DNA of 64,000 nucleotides. It comes from an uncultured Prevotella sp. GTDB taxonomy: Bacteria > Bacteroidota > Bacteroidia > Bacteroidales > Bacteroidaceae. The stretch covers positions 44,868-108,867 of the forward strand of contig OMXK01000003.1 of NCBI GenBank assembly GCA_900314995.1, given 5' to 3'. The position numbers and the translations under genes are program-made. Below are positions 9,259-19,633 of the stretch, one piece after another. Each line of letters opens with the position of its first letter. The stretch's first letter is position 1. The notes beneath the pieces are model-generated. The model saw nothing but the letters and a program-made list of their open reading frames with translations, searched no databases and had not been told where the DNA came from.

Positions 9259-10427
9259 TCTGGACAGCAATACATGTAGTAGAAATCATACTATGGTGCA
9301 TCATTGCTTGCTCTGTTGCATACGTGGTATTCTTCACTATAATTTCTCTATTTTATGAAAAGGAAGATGGGATTGCTATTCATGCTTCTGCTCTTAGCAA
9401 CCATATGGCAAAATTCTTGATTCTGTATCCTGCCTACAAAGAGGATAAAGTCATTATCAATGCGGTAGAACAATTCTTGTTACAAGATTATCCTACGGAT
9501 CTATTTACAGTTGTTGTTATCTCAGACCACATGCAACCAGAGACAAATGAGATTCTCAAGAAAATGCCGATAACCCTCCTCACACCTACTTTTGAGAAAA
9601 GTTCTAAAGCCAAAGCCATGCAATATGCCATCAATGAGGTGAAGGGTGATTTCGATAATGTGGTTATTTTGGATGCTGACAATGTAGTCCGACCAGATTT
9701 CTTATCTCAGCTAAATGTACTTTGTACCATCTATGATGCCATCCAATGTCACCGTTGTGCCAAAAATGCTAATAATGATGTAGCTGTTTTGGATGGAGCA
9801 AGTGAAGAAATCAATAACACCATTTTCCGTAAAGCCCATAACCGTTTAGGCCTCTCCTCTGCCCTCATTGGTTCTGGTATGTGCTTCAGCTATGAACTCT
9901 TCAAAAAGAATGTATTCCAACTCAGTACGGCTGGCGAAGATCGTGAGATGGAAGCCCTCCTACTCCACCAGGAAGTTTATATCAAGTATGCCTCAGATAT
10001 TCACGTTTTTGATGAGAAAGTGAGTAGTCAGGACAATTTCCAACGCCAGCGTATGCGTTGGATGACAGCGCAGGTACAGAGTCTGTTAAGCAACCTACCC
10101 AAAATTCCTGGTGCTATAATACACGGCAAGATAAACTTTATTGACAAGACGATACAACAGGCTCTAATCCCTCGTTCCATCTTAATTGTTTTACTAACAG
10201 TTATATCTATACTGATGACAATTATAGTACCAGAATGGTGCGAGAAATGGTGGCTCCTATTTGGTTTCTTGGCAATGGCTCTGTTCATAGCACTTCCAAG
10301 ACAATTGCGATTAAGCTCATTTGCAAAAGTATTTGCTATCCCTGGATTAGTCCTAAGAATGCTTAAGAACATCCTGCACATGGACCGCAAGAATACTGAT
10401 TTCATACATACGACACACGATAAATAA
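9255..10427 (+). CDS. Membrane GT2 with D,DxD,D,QxxRW motif; paralog of 8113-9258
   Basis: LYPAYKED, ILDADN, GEDREME, RQRMRW, C-terminal TMs; shared KAKAMQYA/KAKSLQYA and GLSSALxGSG. Confidence 0.88.
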   Translation: MIWTAIHVVEIILWCIIACSVAYVVFFTIISLFYEKEDGIAIHASALSNHMAKFLILYPAYKEDKVIINAVEQFLLQDYPTDLFTVVVISDHMQPETNEILKKMPITLLTPTFEKSSKAKAMQYAINEVKGDFDNVVILDADNVVRPDFLSQLNVLCTIYDAIQCHRCAKNANNDVAVLDGASEEINNTIFRKAHNRLGLSSALIGSGMCFSYELFKKNVFQLSTAGEDREMEALLLHQEVYIKYASDIHVFDEKVSSQDNFQRQRMRWMTAQVQSLLSNLPKIPGAIIHGKINFIDKTIQQALIPRSILIVLLTVISILMTIIVPEWCEKWWLLFGFLAMALFIALPRQLRLSSFAKVFAIPGLVLRMLKNILHMDRKNTDFIHTTHDK

Positions 10428-11969
10428 ATGCCAGCCTCTCGTACAAAAAGAACTATTCAAAACTCTAAGGTATCACTAATACTCTTTCTCATTCAGATAC
10501 TAGTGGGGTTTTATTCTCGAAAGGTCTTTCTTGACTATTTGGGCGATGAAGTTATCGGACTTAACACAACATTAGGGAACATCTTAAGTTTTCTCAATCT
10601 GGCTGAATTGGGCATTGGTATTGCCATGGCAACTTCCTTGTATAAACCCCTTCACGATGAAGACCAAAATGCCATTATTGATATCATCACCGTACAAGGT
10701 ATCCTTTATCGAAGGGTTGCATGGGTGTTATGTGGATTAAGCATTCCAATTCTTGTTTCATTACCATATGTATTTCCAAATACAGAATGTGGTCTTTTGT
10801 ATGTCTATGTAGCCTATCTGGTATTTTTAAGCGGTTCTATCTTTAGCTATCTATGGAATTATAGAGAAGTTCTTATTCAGGCAGACCAAAAGAATTTTAA
10901 ACTTATGCCATGGATTCATGCTGTTCGATATACTAAAATATTTCTTCAAATAGCATTGCTCAAGTTTACTCCATTCAGCATTTGGGGGTGGATTGGCGTA
11001 GAATTTTTAGGTAACATTTTAACTGTATTCATCATAAATAACGTCATTCAGAAAGAGTACCCATGGTTTCATAAATCTAAGGAGTCATCAAAAAAGCTAT
11101 TGAAAAAATATAAACTTCTGTTATTGAAAACGAAACAACTGTTTATACATAAGCTTGCCGGATTTGTTTTATACCAAACATCACCACTTATCATCTATGC
11201 ATTTGTCTCTTTGGATATAGTGACGCACTATGGTAACTACATGATGCTCATAGGCTATTGTACATCACTCATGAATGTAATTTATGGTGGTATGGCGGCC
11301 TCAATTGGCAATCTAATAGCTGATAATAACAAATCTCATACGATGAATGTCTTTTGGGAATTATTCACATCCAGAATATGGATAGGTGGAATAGCCTGCT
11401 TTGGCCTTTACATTAGTATCGGCCCGTTTATCTCGTTATGGATTGGTACTAAATACATTCTAAGCGAAAGCACATTGCTTTTGTTAGTTTTATATATGTT
11501 CATCCAAATATCACGTTCGGTAATTGAATCTTTCAAGGATGCTTTTCTACTCTTTGGGGATGTTTGGGCCCCAGTGATTGAGGCATGTATTAATTTAGGT
11601 TGTTCAATTCTATTTGGATACTTTTGGGGGCTTAATGGTGTACTTATTGGTGTCAATCTAAGTCTAATATTGATTGTTTTATTATGGAAGCCCTATTATA
11701 TATTCACAAACGGCATGAAGTCGTCCGTTATACCCTATTATATACAATATGCATTACATCTCATCGTCTTAATTGGAGGAGCATTCATTGCCAAAATAGT
11801 AATGAGGCAGATTTATTATGAAGATAATGATTATTTTACCCTGTTCTTTGACATCCTTTTAGGCTTTATCACATATATTATTGTGACATATGCGATACTA
11901 TACCTCTGCACAAATGGAATGCGAATGTTTACAACTAGAATCAAAAACATATTAACATCAAGAATATGA
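10428..11969 (+). CDS. Wzx-type polysaccharide flippase (MOP superfamily)
   Basis: 513 aa multi-TM; RKVFLDYLG…LNLAELGIG…SLYKPL, N-terminal SRTKR motif. Confidence 0.85.
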   Translation: MPASRTKRTIQNSKVSLILFLIQILVGFYSRKVFLDYLGDEVIGLNTTLGNILSFLNLAELGIGIAMATSLYKPLHDEDQNAIIDIITVQGILYRRVAWVLCGLSIPILVSLPYVFPNTECGLLYVYVAYLVFLSGSIFSYLWNYREVLIQADQKNFKLMPWIHAVRYTKIFLQIALLKFTPFSIWGWIGVEFLGNILTVFIINNVIQKEYPWFHKSKESSKKLLKKYKLLLLKTKQLFIHKLAGFVLYQTSPLIIYAFVSLDIVTHYGNYMMLIGYCTSLMNVIYGGMAASIGNLIADNNKSHTMNVFWELFTSRIWIGGIACFGLYISIGPFISLWIGTKYILSESTLLLLVLYMFIQISRSVIESFKDAFLLFGDVWAPVIEACINLGCSILFGYFWGLNGVLIGVNLSLILIVLLWKPYYIFTNGMKSSVIPYYIQYALHLIVLIGGAFIAKIVMRQIYYEDNDYFTLFFDILLGFITYIIVTYAILYLCTNGMRMFTTRIKNILTSRI

Positions 11970-13201
11970 GAAAGATAAAGGTAATTCATATTTGCTCATC
12001 GTTAGATGGAGGGGCCGGATTATGTGCTGCACGTATTATGAGGGCCACGAGCCACTTAGGCATTGATAACCGCGTACTTGTTAAGAAAGGATACTCAGAT
12101 ACTTTTGTTGATGTGTTAGAGCCTAAAAGGTCAAAAAACAGAGTACTTTTCTATTTGCAAAAGCTATTACACCACTTTCACTTGTGGCCCAAAGCATGTA
12201 GGGTTAATTACAAAATCAAAAAGGCCATTCTGAACCATGATATTATCGGGTATTTCTCGTCTCCTCTATCGGAATATTGCATTACCAATCATCCCTGGAT
12301 TTCAAAAGCTGATATTATTCACATACATTGGGTTGGAGGCTTCTTGGACTATAAGACTTTTTTTAAAAGAATAAATAAGCCTATTGTGTGGACATTACAT
12401 GATGAGAATCCTGGACTTGGAGGGTTCCACTATAGGTTATGGAAGAATATGTCTACAACAAAAGGACTACAAATAGAGAAGGAAATGGCAGTAATTAAAA
12501 AAGAAGCTTATAGCTATGTAGAATCAATGCATCTTGTAGCGATATCATCGATGATGAAAGATTTTATCAGCCAAAACGACCTATTAGGGCATTATCCATG
12601 CACTTTAATACACAATGGAATTGACGAAAATCTTTTTTTACATATTGATAAGAAAACAGCGAGAGAGGCATTAGGTCTTGGGATAGACAATTTTGTATTA
12701 ATGTTTATTGCAGACAGTATTGATGATGACAGAAAGGGGTTAAAAGATTTAATAAACGCACTGGATATACTTAATAAGCCCAATACGACCTTAATATGTA
12801 TAGGTGGTTATAATACTATTCCGAAGGCTACATTTGATGTCATATGTGAAGGTTATATTTCAAACTCGAGGTTATTATCCATATATTATTCTGCTGCTGA
12901 TTTCTTCATGATGCCTTCCTATCAAGAAGCGTTTGCACAAACGCCAATGGAGGCTATGGCATGTGGCACCCCAGTCATAGCTTACCCTTGTAGCGGCGCA
13001 CATGATCTAATCAAACCTTTTAATGGAATCGTTTGTGAAGACTTTACCACAGAAGCACTGATTGGTGCCATAAAAAAAGCAATAGGCAAGCAATATGACC
13101 ATAATGAAATACGCAAGTATGTTATTGACAATTTTTCATATAGTATTATTGCAAAACAATATGTTCAATTATACGAGGAGATTCTTGACGAAAAACAATA
13201 A
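11966..13201 (+). CDS. Glycosyltransferase family 4 (WcaC-like)
   Basis: [39 protein letters not shown]. Confidence 0.9.
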   Translation: MRKIKVIHICSSLDGGAGLCAARIMRATSHLGIDNRVLVKKGYSDTFVDVLEPKRSKNRVLFYLQKLLHHFHLWPKACRVNYKIKKAILNHDIIGYFSSPLSEYCITNHPWISKADIIHIHWVGGFLDYKTFFKRINKPIVWTLHDENPGLGGFHYRLWKNMSTTKGLQIEKEMAVIKKEAYSYVESMHLVAISSMMKDFISQNDLLGHYPCTLIHNGIDENLFLHIDKKTAREALGLGIDNFVLMFIADSIDDDRKGLKDLINALDILNKPNTTLICIGGYNTIPKATFDVICEGYISNSRLLSIYYSAADFFMMPSYQEAFAQTPMEAMACGTPVIAYPCSGAHDLIKPFNGIVCEDFTTEALIGAIKKAIGKQYDHNEIRKYVIDNFSYSIIAKQYVQLYEEILDEKQ

Positions 13202-13212
13202 ATAATGGGAAG

Positions 13213-14028
13213 ATGAAATTTTCAATTATTACTATTAATTATAATAATCATAAAGGATTACGTCGCACAATCAATAGTGTCATTAACCAAACCTTCCGTG
13301 ATTTTGAGTTTATTATCATTGACGGAGGGTCTGATGATGGTAGTGTTGATGTAATCAAGGATTATTGTGACCACATCACCTATTGGGTTTCTGAACATGA
13401 TAAAGGAATATACAATGCCATGAATAAAGGAATTATTCAAGCACATGGTACTTATATCAACTTTATGAACTCTGGCGATGAATTTTACAGTAAAGACACT
13501 TTGGAAAAGGTCAGTATACTTATGAATGGAAGTGATTTCATCATAGGAAAAGACTACAATCAAGATCCAACTTCTGGAAAAGTTTTCACTACCATTCTTC
13601 CCACCAGAACCTCAATGGTATCTTTTTTCATGTGGACCCTCCCTCATCAGAGTTCATTTATTCGTCGTTCCTTATTTGAAGCCTCACGATATGATGAAAC
13701 ATTACGTATAGTAGCTGATTGGAAATTCTATTTAGAAAAGATTGTATACGAAGGAAAGAGGGTGCAACTTCTGAATTTATTGGTAAGCAATAGAGAACAG
13801 GAAGGTGTCAGCAATTCACAGGCTTCCATAACTATTGAAGAACGGCATAAAGTTTTGTCAACCCTATTGCCACCTGGCATTTATCAAGACTATGAGACTT
13901 TATCAAAACTGGATCGCAGCACATTGTACAAATTGCTGAATCTCATAGACCAAGATAAAACCAGAAAATGGATTACTTATTTTATAAAAGTACTAAACCG
14001 TTTATTCCCCACGAAATCATTCATATAA
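13213..14028 (+). CDS. Glycosyltransferase family 2 (WcaE-like)
   Basis: SIITINYNN, IIDGGSDDGS, SEHDKGIYNAMNKG, FMNSGD. Confidence 0.92.
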   Translation: MKFSIITINYNNHKGLRRTINSVINQTFRDFEFIIIDGGSDDGSVDVIKDYCDHITYWVSEHDKGIYNAMNKGIIQAHGTYINFMNSGDEFYSKDTLEKVSILMNGSDFIIGKDYNQDPTSGKVFTTILPTRTSMVSFFMWTLPHQSSFIRRSLFEASRYDETLRIVADWKFYLEKIVYEGKRVQLLNLLVSNREQEGVSNSQASITIEERHKVLSTLLPPGIYQDYETLSKLDRSTLYKLLNLIDQDKTRKWITYFIKVLNRLFPTKSFI

Positions 14029-14034
14029 TTAATT

Positions 14035-15216
14035 ATGAAAATTGCGATTATTACTTCTGGAATACTTCCTGTTCCTGCTGTTCAAGGAGGAGCCGTAGAA
14101 AATTTAATTGATTATGCTCTGGAATATAATGACATACACCATATACATGACATAACCATATATAGTGTTAAAAACAAAAAAACATCATATCATAATGCAC
14201 TCCTGTCAAGCGTAAACCATTATGTATATATTGATACAAAGTCTCTTATTTATAAGATTGGAGCAAAAATGTATTCATATTTTGGAAATTACTATTACTA
14301 CCACTACCAATTAGAATACTTTTTCGAAAGGGTTTGGAGAAAGATGAAGAAGCATTCTTATGACCTCATAATTATAGAAAACAGACCTGGATATACTATT
14401 CCATTATCTAAACGTACTTCAACACCTATTATTCTACATATTCACACAAACATTCTTTTTGAACCATCGGATCAAAATAAAAAAATAATTTCATCGGTAA
14501 AAGGAATCTTTGCAGTATCAAATTTTATCAAAAATGAGATTCTGAAGGTAGGAGTGAAGTCAGATATTCGTATCGTTTATAATGGTTTAGACCCTAACCT
14601 ATTTAACACATCAAACATAGTACCTATCAACCGTAAAGAATTAGGGTTTAAGGAATTAGACTTTATAGCTGTCTTTTGGGGAAGATTAGTTGCCAATAAA
14701 GGTATTAAGGAACTATTACAAGCTTTTCTGTTACTAAAGAAACATAAAGACATCAAATTGCTTATTATAGGAGCGATTAATTTTGAAGATTCCGAAAATC
14801 AATCTAATTCTTTTGTTGAAGAATTAAAAAAAATAGCAACAGACCTTGATGACCATGTCACATTTACAGGATTCATTCCATATAATAATATCGCAAATTA
14901 TCTATTAGCAGCTAACGTTGCCGTTATTCCTTCTCATATTAATGAAGCATTTGGAATGACGTGCATAGAAGCGTGCGCTGTAGGTTTACCTGTCATTGCA
15001 ACAAATGATGGGGGCATTCCTGAAACATTAGTAGATCAGAAACACATTCTTTTAGATGTTAGCCCCCAATTGCCCCAATTAATAGCAAATGCGATTTTAG
15101 AAATCAAGAATAATTATTCATCATACCAAGGCAACTCACTCAAAAGAATATTCCACAAAGATTCTTATGCAAAGTCTTTTTTTCAAAGCCTATCAAATAT
15201 CATTAATCAATCATAA
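14035..15216 (+). CDS. Glycosyltransferase family 4
   Basis: PVPAVQGGAVE, VYNGLD, GRLVANKG, EAFGMTCIEACAVGLPV. Confidence 0.9.
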   Translation: MKIAIITSGILPVPAVQGGAVENLIDYALEYNDIHHIHDITIYSVKNKKTSYHNALLSSVNHYVYIDTKSLIYKIGAKMYSYFGNYYYYHYQLEYFFERVWRKMKKHSYDLIIIENRPGYTIPLSKRTSTPIILHIHTNILFEPSDQNKKIISSVKGIFAVSNFIKNEILKVGVKSDIRIVYNGLDPNLFNTSNIVPINRKELGFKELDFIAVFWGRLVANKGIKELLQAFLLLKKHKDIKLLIIGAINFEDSENQSNSFVEELKKIATDLDDHVTFTGFIPYNNIANYLLAANVAVIPSHINEAFGMTCIEACAVGLPVIATNDGGIPETLVDQKHILLDVSPQLPQLIANAILEIKNNYSSYQGNSLKRIFHKDSYAKSFFQSLSNIINQS

Positions 15217-15251
15217 TTAACAATTATGCAGGTTCTCGTTTTTAGAAAGCA

Positions 15252-16391
15252 CTAACCAATTGAATTTTTAAATTTGTTTGTTAGCTCTATGAATAAGTTC
15301 TCCCACCTAGGCATTATCACCTCAGCTTTATAGCGTTGGGCTGAAATTATCGCTGCCTTGCCCATCTTTTGTCGTAAATCCATATTATCCATCAATTCAC
15401 AAACGCGGCTAGCAAAAGTCTCAATATTTCTATTTTCTACTAAAAATCCATCAACACTATCTGTAATAATATCGGCAGGACCATAAGGACAATTAAATGC
15501 CACCACAGGAAGTCCACAACTCATCGCTTCAACAAGAACGAGACCAAAAGGTTCATACAATGAAGTCATAACAAGCATAGAAGATTCTAAATATTTATCA
15601 AAGATGTCTGGAACTGCCGGGTGAATTACGATATTCAAATTCAATTCCAACACCAGACTAGCATAATACGGTTTCAATTCCCCATTACCATAAACATTTA
15701 ATACCCAATCAGGATGACTCTGCTGTACTATTTTCCAAATTGAAATAAGTGCTCCAATATCTTTTTGTACATCAAAACGTCCTGCAAAAACTACATTTTT
15801 GTTTTCGCATGTACAATAATGACCAGATGTATTCAAATGCACAATATTAGGAATCACGCTTAGACGATTGCAATACTTCCTCCAATCATCAGCATCGCCT
15901 GCAGTTAGCGTCACAATTTTATCCAACTTTCGGAACTTTTTCCTTGACAAATATGACAAGAATCGATGTAAAAAGGTCGCATTTTCTATTTCGATATCTT
16001 TACAAAGAGAATGAGATTCAAAAATCAATGGTATATCACCTTTAACAGAAAGAACTGATTTAACATAACCATCGCGCAAACACGAAATAATATCAGGACA
16101 TAATTTGTCAAGACATTCTTTTAAACGTTCCTTATATAATCTACCATATTTATAATATTGTAATATTCGCTTCACTCCTTTATATTTATACTGCCGATGA
16201 GAACGTATATCCAAATCTATCACATGAATCCTATCACCCACAAGAAAGGGGATTGGATGATTCCCTTGATCTGCTGTAACAACAAAAACTTCATGGTCTG
16301 TGTTGTTTACAATATAATTCATTTTGTCACAGAGGACTCGTTCTATGCCACCCCATACAGCTAATGCATCCGTAATATACAATATTTTCAT
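15252..16391 (-). CDS. Glycosyltransferase family 4, AmsD-like
   Basis: MKILYITD…GGIERV, EPFGLVLVEAMSCGLPVVAFNCPYGP; ATG 16391 preferred (the TTG at 16415 lies in the -7 box). Confidence 0.9.
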   Translation of the reverse strand: MKILYITDALAVWGGIERVLCDKMNYIVNNTDHEVFVVTADQGNHPIPFLVGDRIHVIDLDIRSHRQYKYKGVKRILQYYKYGRLYKERLKECLDKLCPDIISCLRDGYVKSVLSVKGDIPLIFESHSLCKDIEIENATFLHRFLSYLSRKKFRKLDKIVTLTAGDADDWRKYCNRLSVIPNIVHLNTSGHYCTCENKNVVFAGRFDVQKDIGALISIWKIVQQSHPDWVLNVYGNGELKPYYASLVLELNLNIVIHPAVPDIFDKYLESSMLVMTSLYEPFGLVLVEAMSCGLPVVAFNCPYGPADIITDSVDGFLVENRNIETFASRVCELMDNMDLRQKMGKAAIISAQRYKAEVIMPRWENLFIELTNKFKNSIG

Positions 16392-16412
16392 TATTACACA
16401 TTTAAATTTCAA

Positions 16413-16420
16413 CAAAGATA
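16413..16420 (-). promoter_or_regulatory. -7 element TATCTTTG
   Basis: CAAAGATA on + strand upstream of ATG 16391. Confidence 0.6.
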
Positions 16421-16566
16421 CAATCTTTTACTAAATTATGCAAACTATTATTTTTTATTTAGAACAAATAAAGATACTTTAATATATTGATGGTGACTTA
16501 TCAGCTCTGTTTTCTTATATTTCTAAAAAGCCATAAATAATATGTAGTTTACCTATAATATTGGTC

Positions 16567-17712
16567 TCATTCCCTTATTACATTTTCAAATAGTGCAATC
16601 CACTTCTGCATGATGTTCTCGAGACGATAGCGTTCTGAACTTACCTTTGCCTGAGTTGCATATTCCTGACGTTCTTTATCATGCTCTATAAGAAAACAGA
16701 TGGCCTCCGCCAATTTATCCACATTATTCCTCTCAACTAAGATACCATCTATATGATCCGTTATAATGTCTTTTGGCCCAGCAGGACAGTCAAATGACAC
16801 ACAGGGTAATCCTACTGCCATCGCTTCAATCAACACTAAACCAAATCCTTCATATCTGGAACTGAGAACATAGACAGAGGCCTTGGCCATTTCTCCAAAT
16901 ACATTATCTGAAACTCCCATACATTGAACAACTGGTTTTAGGCCAAGACCTTCTGCTTGTTGTTGATATAATATATTATTCCCTGGACCAAAGATTTTCA
17001 ACTTCCAATCTGGATGTTTTGGGGCCACTTGCGCCCATGCTTTTATCAGCATGTCAAAACCTTTCTGAGTATCATATCTGCCAACTGAAATCACAGCTTT
17101 ATTATTCCAATCAGCTTGTTGTGTTGGATAAATAGCTAAAGGATTTGGAATAACTACTTTATTTGAAAGCATACTCCAATACCCAAAGTCTTCTTCTGTC
17201 AAAACCACAAATTTGTCTAAACGAGCCAATTGTTTAATTAATAAACCTTGCCATTTTGCCGTAATCCAACGATTAATAAATGAAGGGAAGTACGGTTTAT
17301 TAACTTTCCGATAATCTGGTTTTGCAAAATGGATCTCACCAATCTTATGACTTCCATCTTGAATATCATTTATAAAATTAATCTCACGACGAACAGCAGA
17401 AACAGTAATATCCGGCTTCACCTCCATCAAATATGAAGTTAATTTCTTTTTATAGACTGCTTGTTTCTTTCGAAAAGCTCTCATCTTTTTTAGAGTTGGC
17501 ATCGTGTCCAAATCATCAAAGTTTATATCAAAGTTTACATATTCTATATTGGGCTCCATCTTATAGTAGAATGGCAAATCAGGACGTTCTGTCAATACCA
17601 CATAAATCTGCCAGTCAGTATGTTCCGCAAGATAGTTTACCTTACAACTCAAAACCTGTCCCATCCCACTTGGTTGGTACAATCCTCCTACGATATAAAC
17701 TATTTTCTTCAT
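16567..17712 (-). CDS. Glycosyltransferase family 4, AmsD-like
   Basis: KVNYLAEH, GRYDTQKGFD, EGFGLVLIEAMAVGLPCVSFDCPAGP. Confidence 0.9.
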   Translation of the reverse strand: MKKIVYIVGGLYQPSGMGQVLSCKVNYLAEHTDWQIYVVLTERPDLPFYYKMEPNIEYVNFDINFDDLDTMPTLKKMRAFRKKQAVYKKKLTSYLMEVKPDITVSAVRREINFINDIQDGSHKIGEIHFAKPDYRKVNKPYFPSFINRWITAKWQGLLIKQLARLDKFVVLTEEDFGYWSMLSNKVVIPNPLAIYPTQQADWNNKAVISVGRYDTQKGFDMLIKAWAQVAPKHPDWKLKIFGPGNNILYQQQAEGLGLKPVVQCMGVSDNVFGEMAKASVYVLSSRYEGFGLVLIEAMAVGLPCVSFDCPAGPKDIITDHIDGILVERNNVDKLAEAICFLIEHDKERQEYATQAKVSSERYRLENIMQKWIALFENVIRE

Positions 17713-17732
17713 ATATGTATAGTTTTATTCTG

Positions 17733-17762
17733 CAAATATAGGCATTTTTTTTTAACTACAAA
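17733..17762 (-). promoter_or_regulatory. Promoter: -33 TTTG (17759-17762), -7 TATATTTG (17733-17740), spacer with a 9-nt homopolymer
   Basis: CAAATATA…T9…CAAA on + strand. Confidence 0.6.
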
Positions 17763-17788
17763 GTTTTTACCTTATTTTATATCAATAA

Positions 17789-19531
17789 TCATTTAAAAAG
17801 CCGCCCTGAATAGAATCGAGCACCTAATGGAGTCAGGTGTTTGCCATCGTAGGTGATATAGTGATGATCTGGGGTAAAGACAGGAACTGTGCTATCGAGC
17901 TGCATCGTTAGACTTAGCAGATCGACGTACTTATCTTTCCATTCCTCCTTCAGTAGGCGATTGACAGCATGGTAATCGGGATGGATTGGGGTCGTTTGGG
18001 AGAAGTAGTCGCTTTTATGGCGGTTCTTGTAGAAGATGCCGTTGCTGGTGCCGTGATTCTTGGTGCCGATGCCCCAGATTTCTGCGCTAGGTTTCAGGTT
18101 CTGCCAAACCTTTTCTGGGACATCATGTTTCCAACCGAAGAAGTAGATGCGGTCACATTGGCGGATACGACTTAATGGGCAATCGTTGAGACCAACATGA
18201 TATAAAAGTTGGATGCTGTCGAATAATGAGGATTCGAGCAGTATATTAGCAAAATCACGGGCAAAACTGTTACCAATGACAAGAATCCGCTGTTTTGTGG
18301 TATCGCAAATAAACTCTCTGTCATACTGATAGATACGATCCGTATAGCGTTCAAATGTTTCAGGATCATAAGAGCCTTGACGGATATCGAGCTCAGGCAC
18401 ATCCCTGACAGCTCCGCCTTGGCAATAGATCCATATCGCGAAGAAATTGATAATCAGGAATCCAGCAATCAGACACAACTTGGAGACTTTTCGACGCTCT
18501 ATCATATAATAGGTAATCATCGACAGCAGAAGTGTTGTGACGATGATCGACAGCAAAACTGTCAGCGACAATTCGTCTGAAAAGAAATAGCGATAGAAAG
18601 CAAAGAGTGGCTGATGCCAGAGGAATATGCTCAGACTCATACGGCCTAAAGGGACGAATACCTTAGAGCGTTGGGCAATGGATAATATGCAGGACTCTCC
18701 TATATTACAAATAAGGTATAAGAGCGTGAACGATACAGTCAGAATGAGAATCAGTTCACGAGGTAGGAAACTTTCGCGAACCGTATTCGTGCCGCCAACC
18801 AGATTATAGGGCATCGCCCTCTCCCCTATCGTAAAGGCTCCAAAGAAAATCATCAGGAGTATACCTATCATTGATGTATAAGTGACTGAAGACGGAATCT
18901 TACTAGGCTTAAGTGCTATCAAGCCTCCGATGGATATCTCGAAAAAGCGATAAGGCAAGAGGTAGTACTTGTTGCCGATGGTATCAATAGGGCTCAAATA
19001 GAGAATCAGCGACAGGATTGTCAGAACAAACAGCATACTTTTCATCCGCTTCCAGAACATCATCATCAACATAGGGAAGACAACATAAAATTGGAATAGT
19101 ACACCAAGGAACCAGTTGTGCATCAGGATCTTATGATAGATGGCAGCCCAATAATTCTGGGTTGTAATTGTCTGAAGGAAGTTGTTCGCAAAGAGAGATG
19201 ACGCAATGACCTCCTCACTCAAATAGCGATAGTCGCCAGGCAACATACCCCAATAGCCAACTGCTAGCGAACAGCCACTTACAAGAAGTACCAAAGGCAA
19301 CAGCCTGAAGAGTTTCTTCTCAAGAAAGCGACCATAATGGAATCGCCCATCGGCAATTTCGTGCATCACCTTTGGTACTACAAAATAGCCATTGAGCACA
19401 AAAAACACATCGACACCAAGATAGCCACTCTTACACCATCCTGCATGATAGAGCACCACGGCAATAATGGCCAGTCCCTTCAACAGGTCCAAATCATAGC
19501 GGTATGTAGAGTCTATTCTCATATCATTCAT
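17789..19531 (-). CDS. OafA-like acyltransferase-3 with C-terminal SGNH domain
   Basis: DLLKGLAIIAVVLYH, GYLGVDVFFVLNGY, HNWFLGVLFQFY; GNSFA and DGKHLT SGNH motifs. Confidence 0.9.
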   Translation of the reverse strand: MNDMRIDSTYRYDLDLLKGLAIIAVVLYHAGWCKSGYLGVDVFFVLNGYFVVPKVMHEIADGRFHYGRFLEKKLFRLLPLVLLVSGCSLAVGYWGMLPGDYRYLSEEVIASSLFANNFLQTITTQNYWAAIYHKILMHNWFLGVLFQFYVVFPMLMMMFWKRMKSMLFVLTILSLILYLSPIDTIGNKYYLLPYRFFEISIGGLIALKPSKIPSSVTYTSMIGILLMIFFGAFTIGERAMPYNLVGGTNTVRESFLPRELILILTVSFTLLYLICNIGESCILSIAQRSKVFVPLGRMSLSIFLWHQPLFAFYRYFFSDELSLTVLLSIIVTTLLLSMITYYMIERRKVSKLCLIAGFLIINFFAIWIYCQGGAVRDVPELDIRQGSYDPETFERYTDRIYQYDREFICDTTKQRILVIGNSFARDFANILLESSLFDSIQLLYHVGLNDCPLSRIRQCDRIYFFGWKHDVPEKVWQNLKPSAEIWGIGTKNHGTSNGIFYKNRHKSDYFSQTTPIHPDYHAVNRLLKEEWKDKYVDLLSLTMQLDSTVPVFTPDHHYITYDGKHLTPLGARFYSGRLFK

Positions 19532-19565
19532 CCTATACTACTTTGTGTGTCATAATCTGAGCATG

Positions 19566-19631
19566 AGTTTCTCGTAATGAAAAGGGTAGTTTCTCGTAAT
19601 GAAACTATATGTTTCTCGGTAGGAAACTATT
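19566..19631. repeat. Three tandem 22-bp-period imperfect palindromes, core (A)GTTTC-N7-GAAAC(T)
   Basis: agtttctcgtaatgaaaagggt / agtttctcgtaatgaaactata / tgtttctcggtaggaaactatt. Confidence 0.85.
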
Positions 19632-19633
19632 TC

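Noticed and set aside
19566-19631. Repeat array as a mini-CRISPR
   Set aside because: Units are contiguous at 22-bp period with no unique spacers, and no cas genes are present; kept as a repeat finding instead
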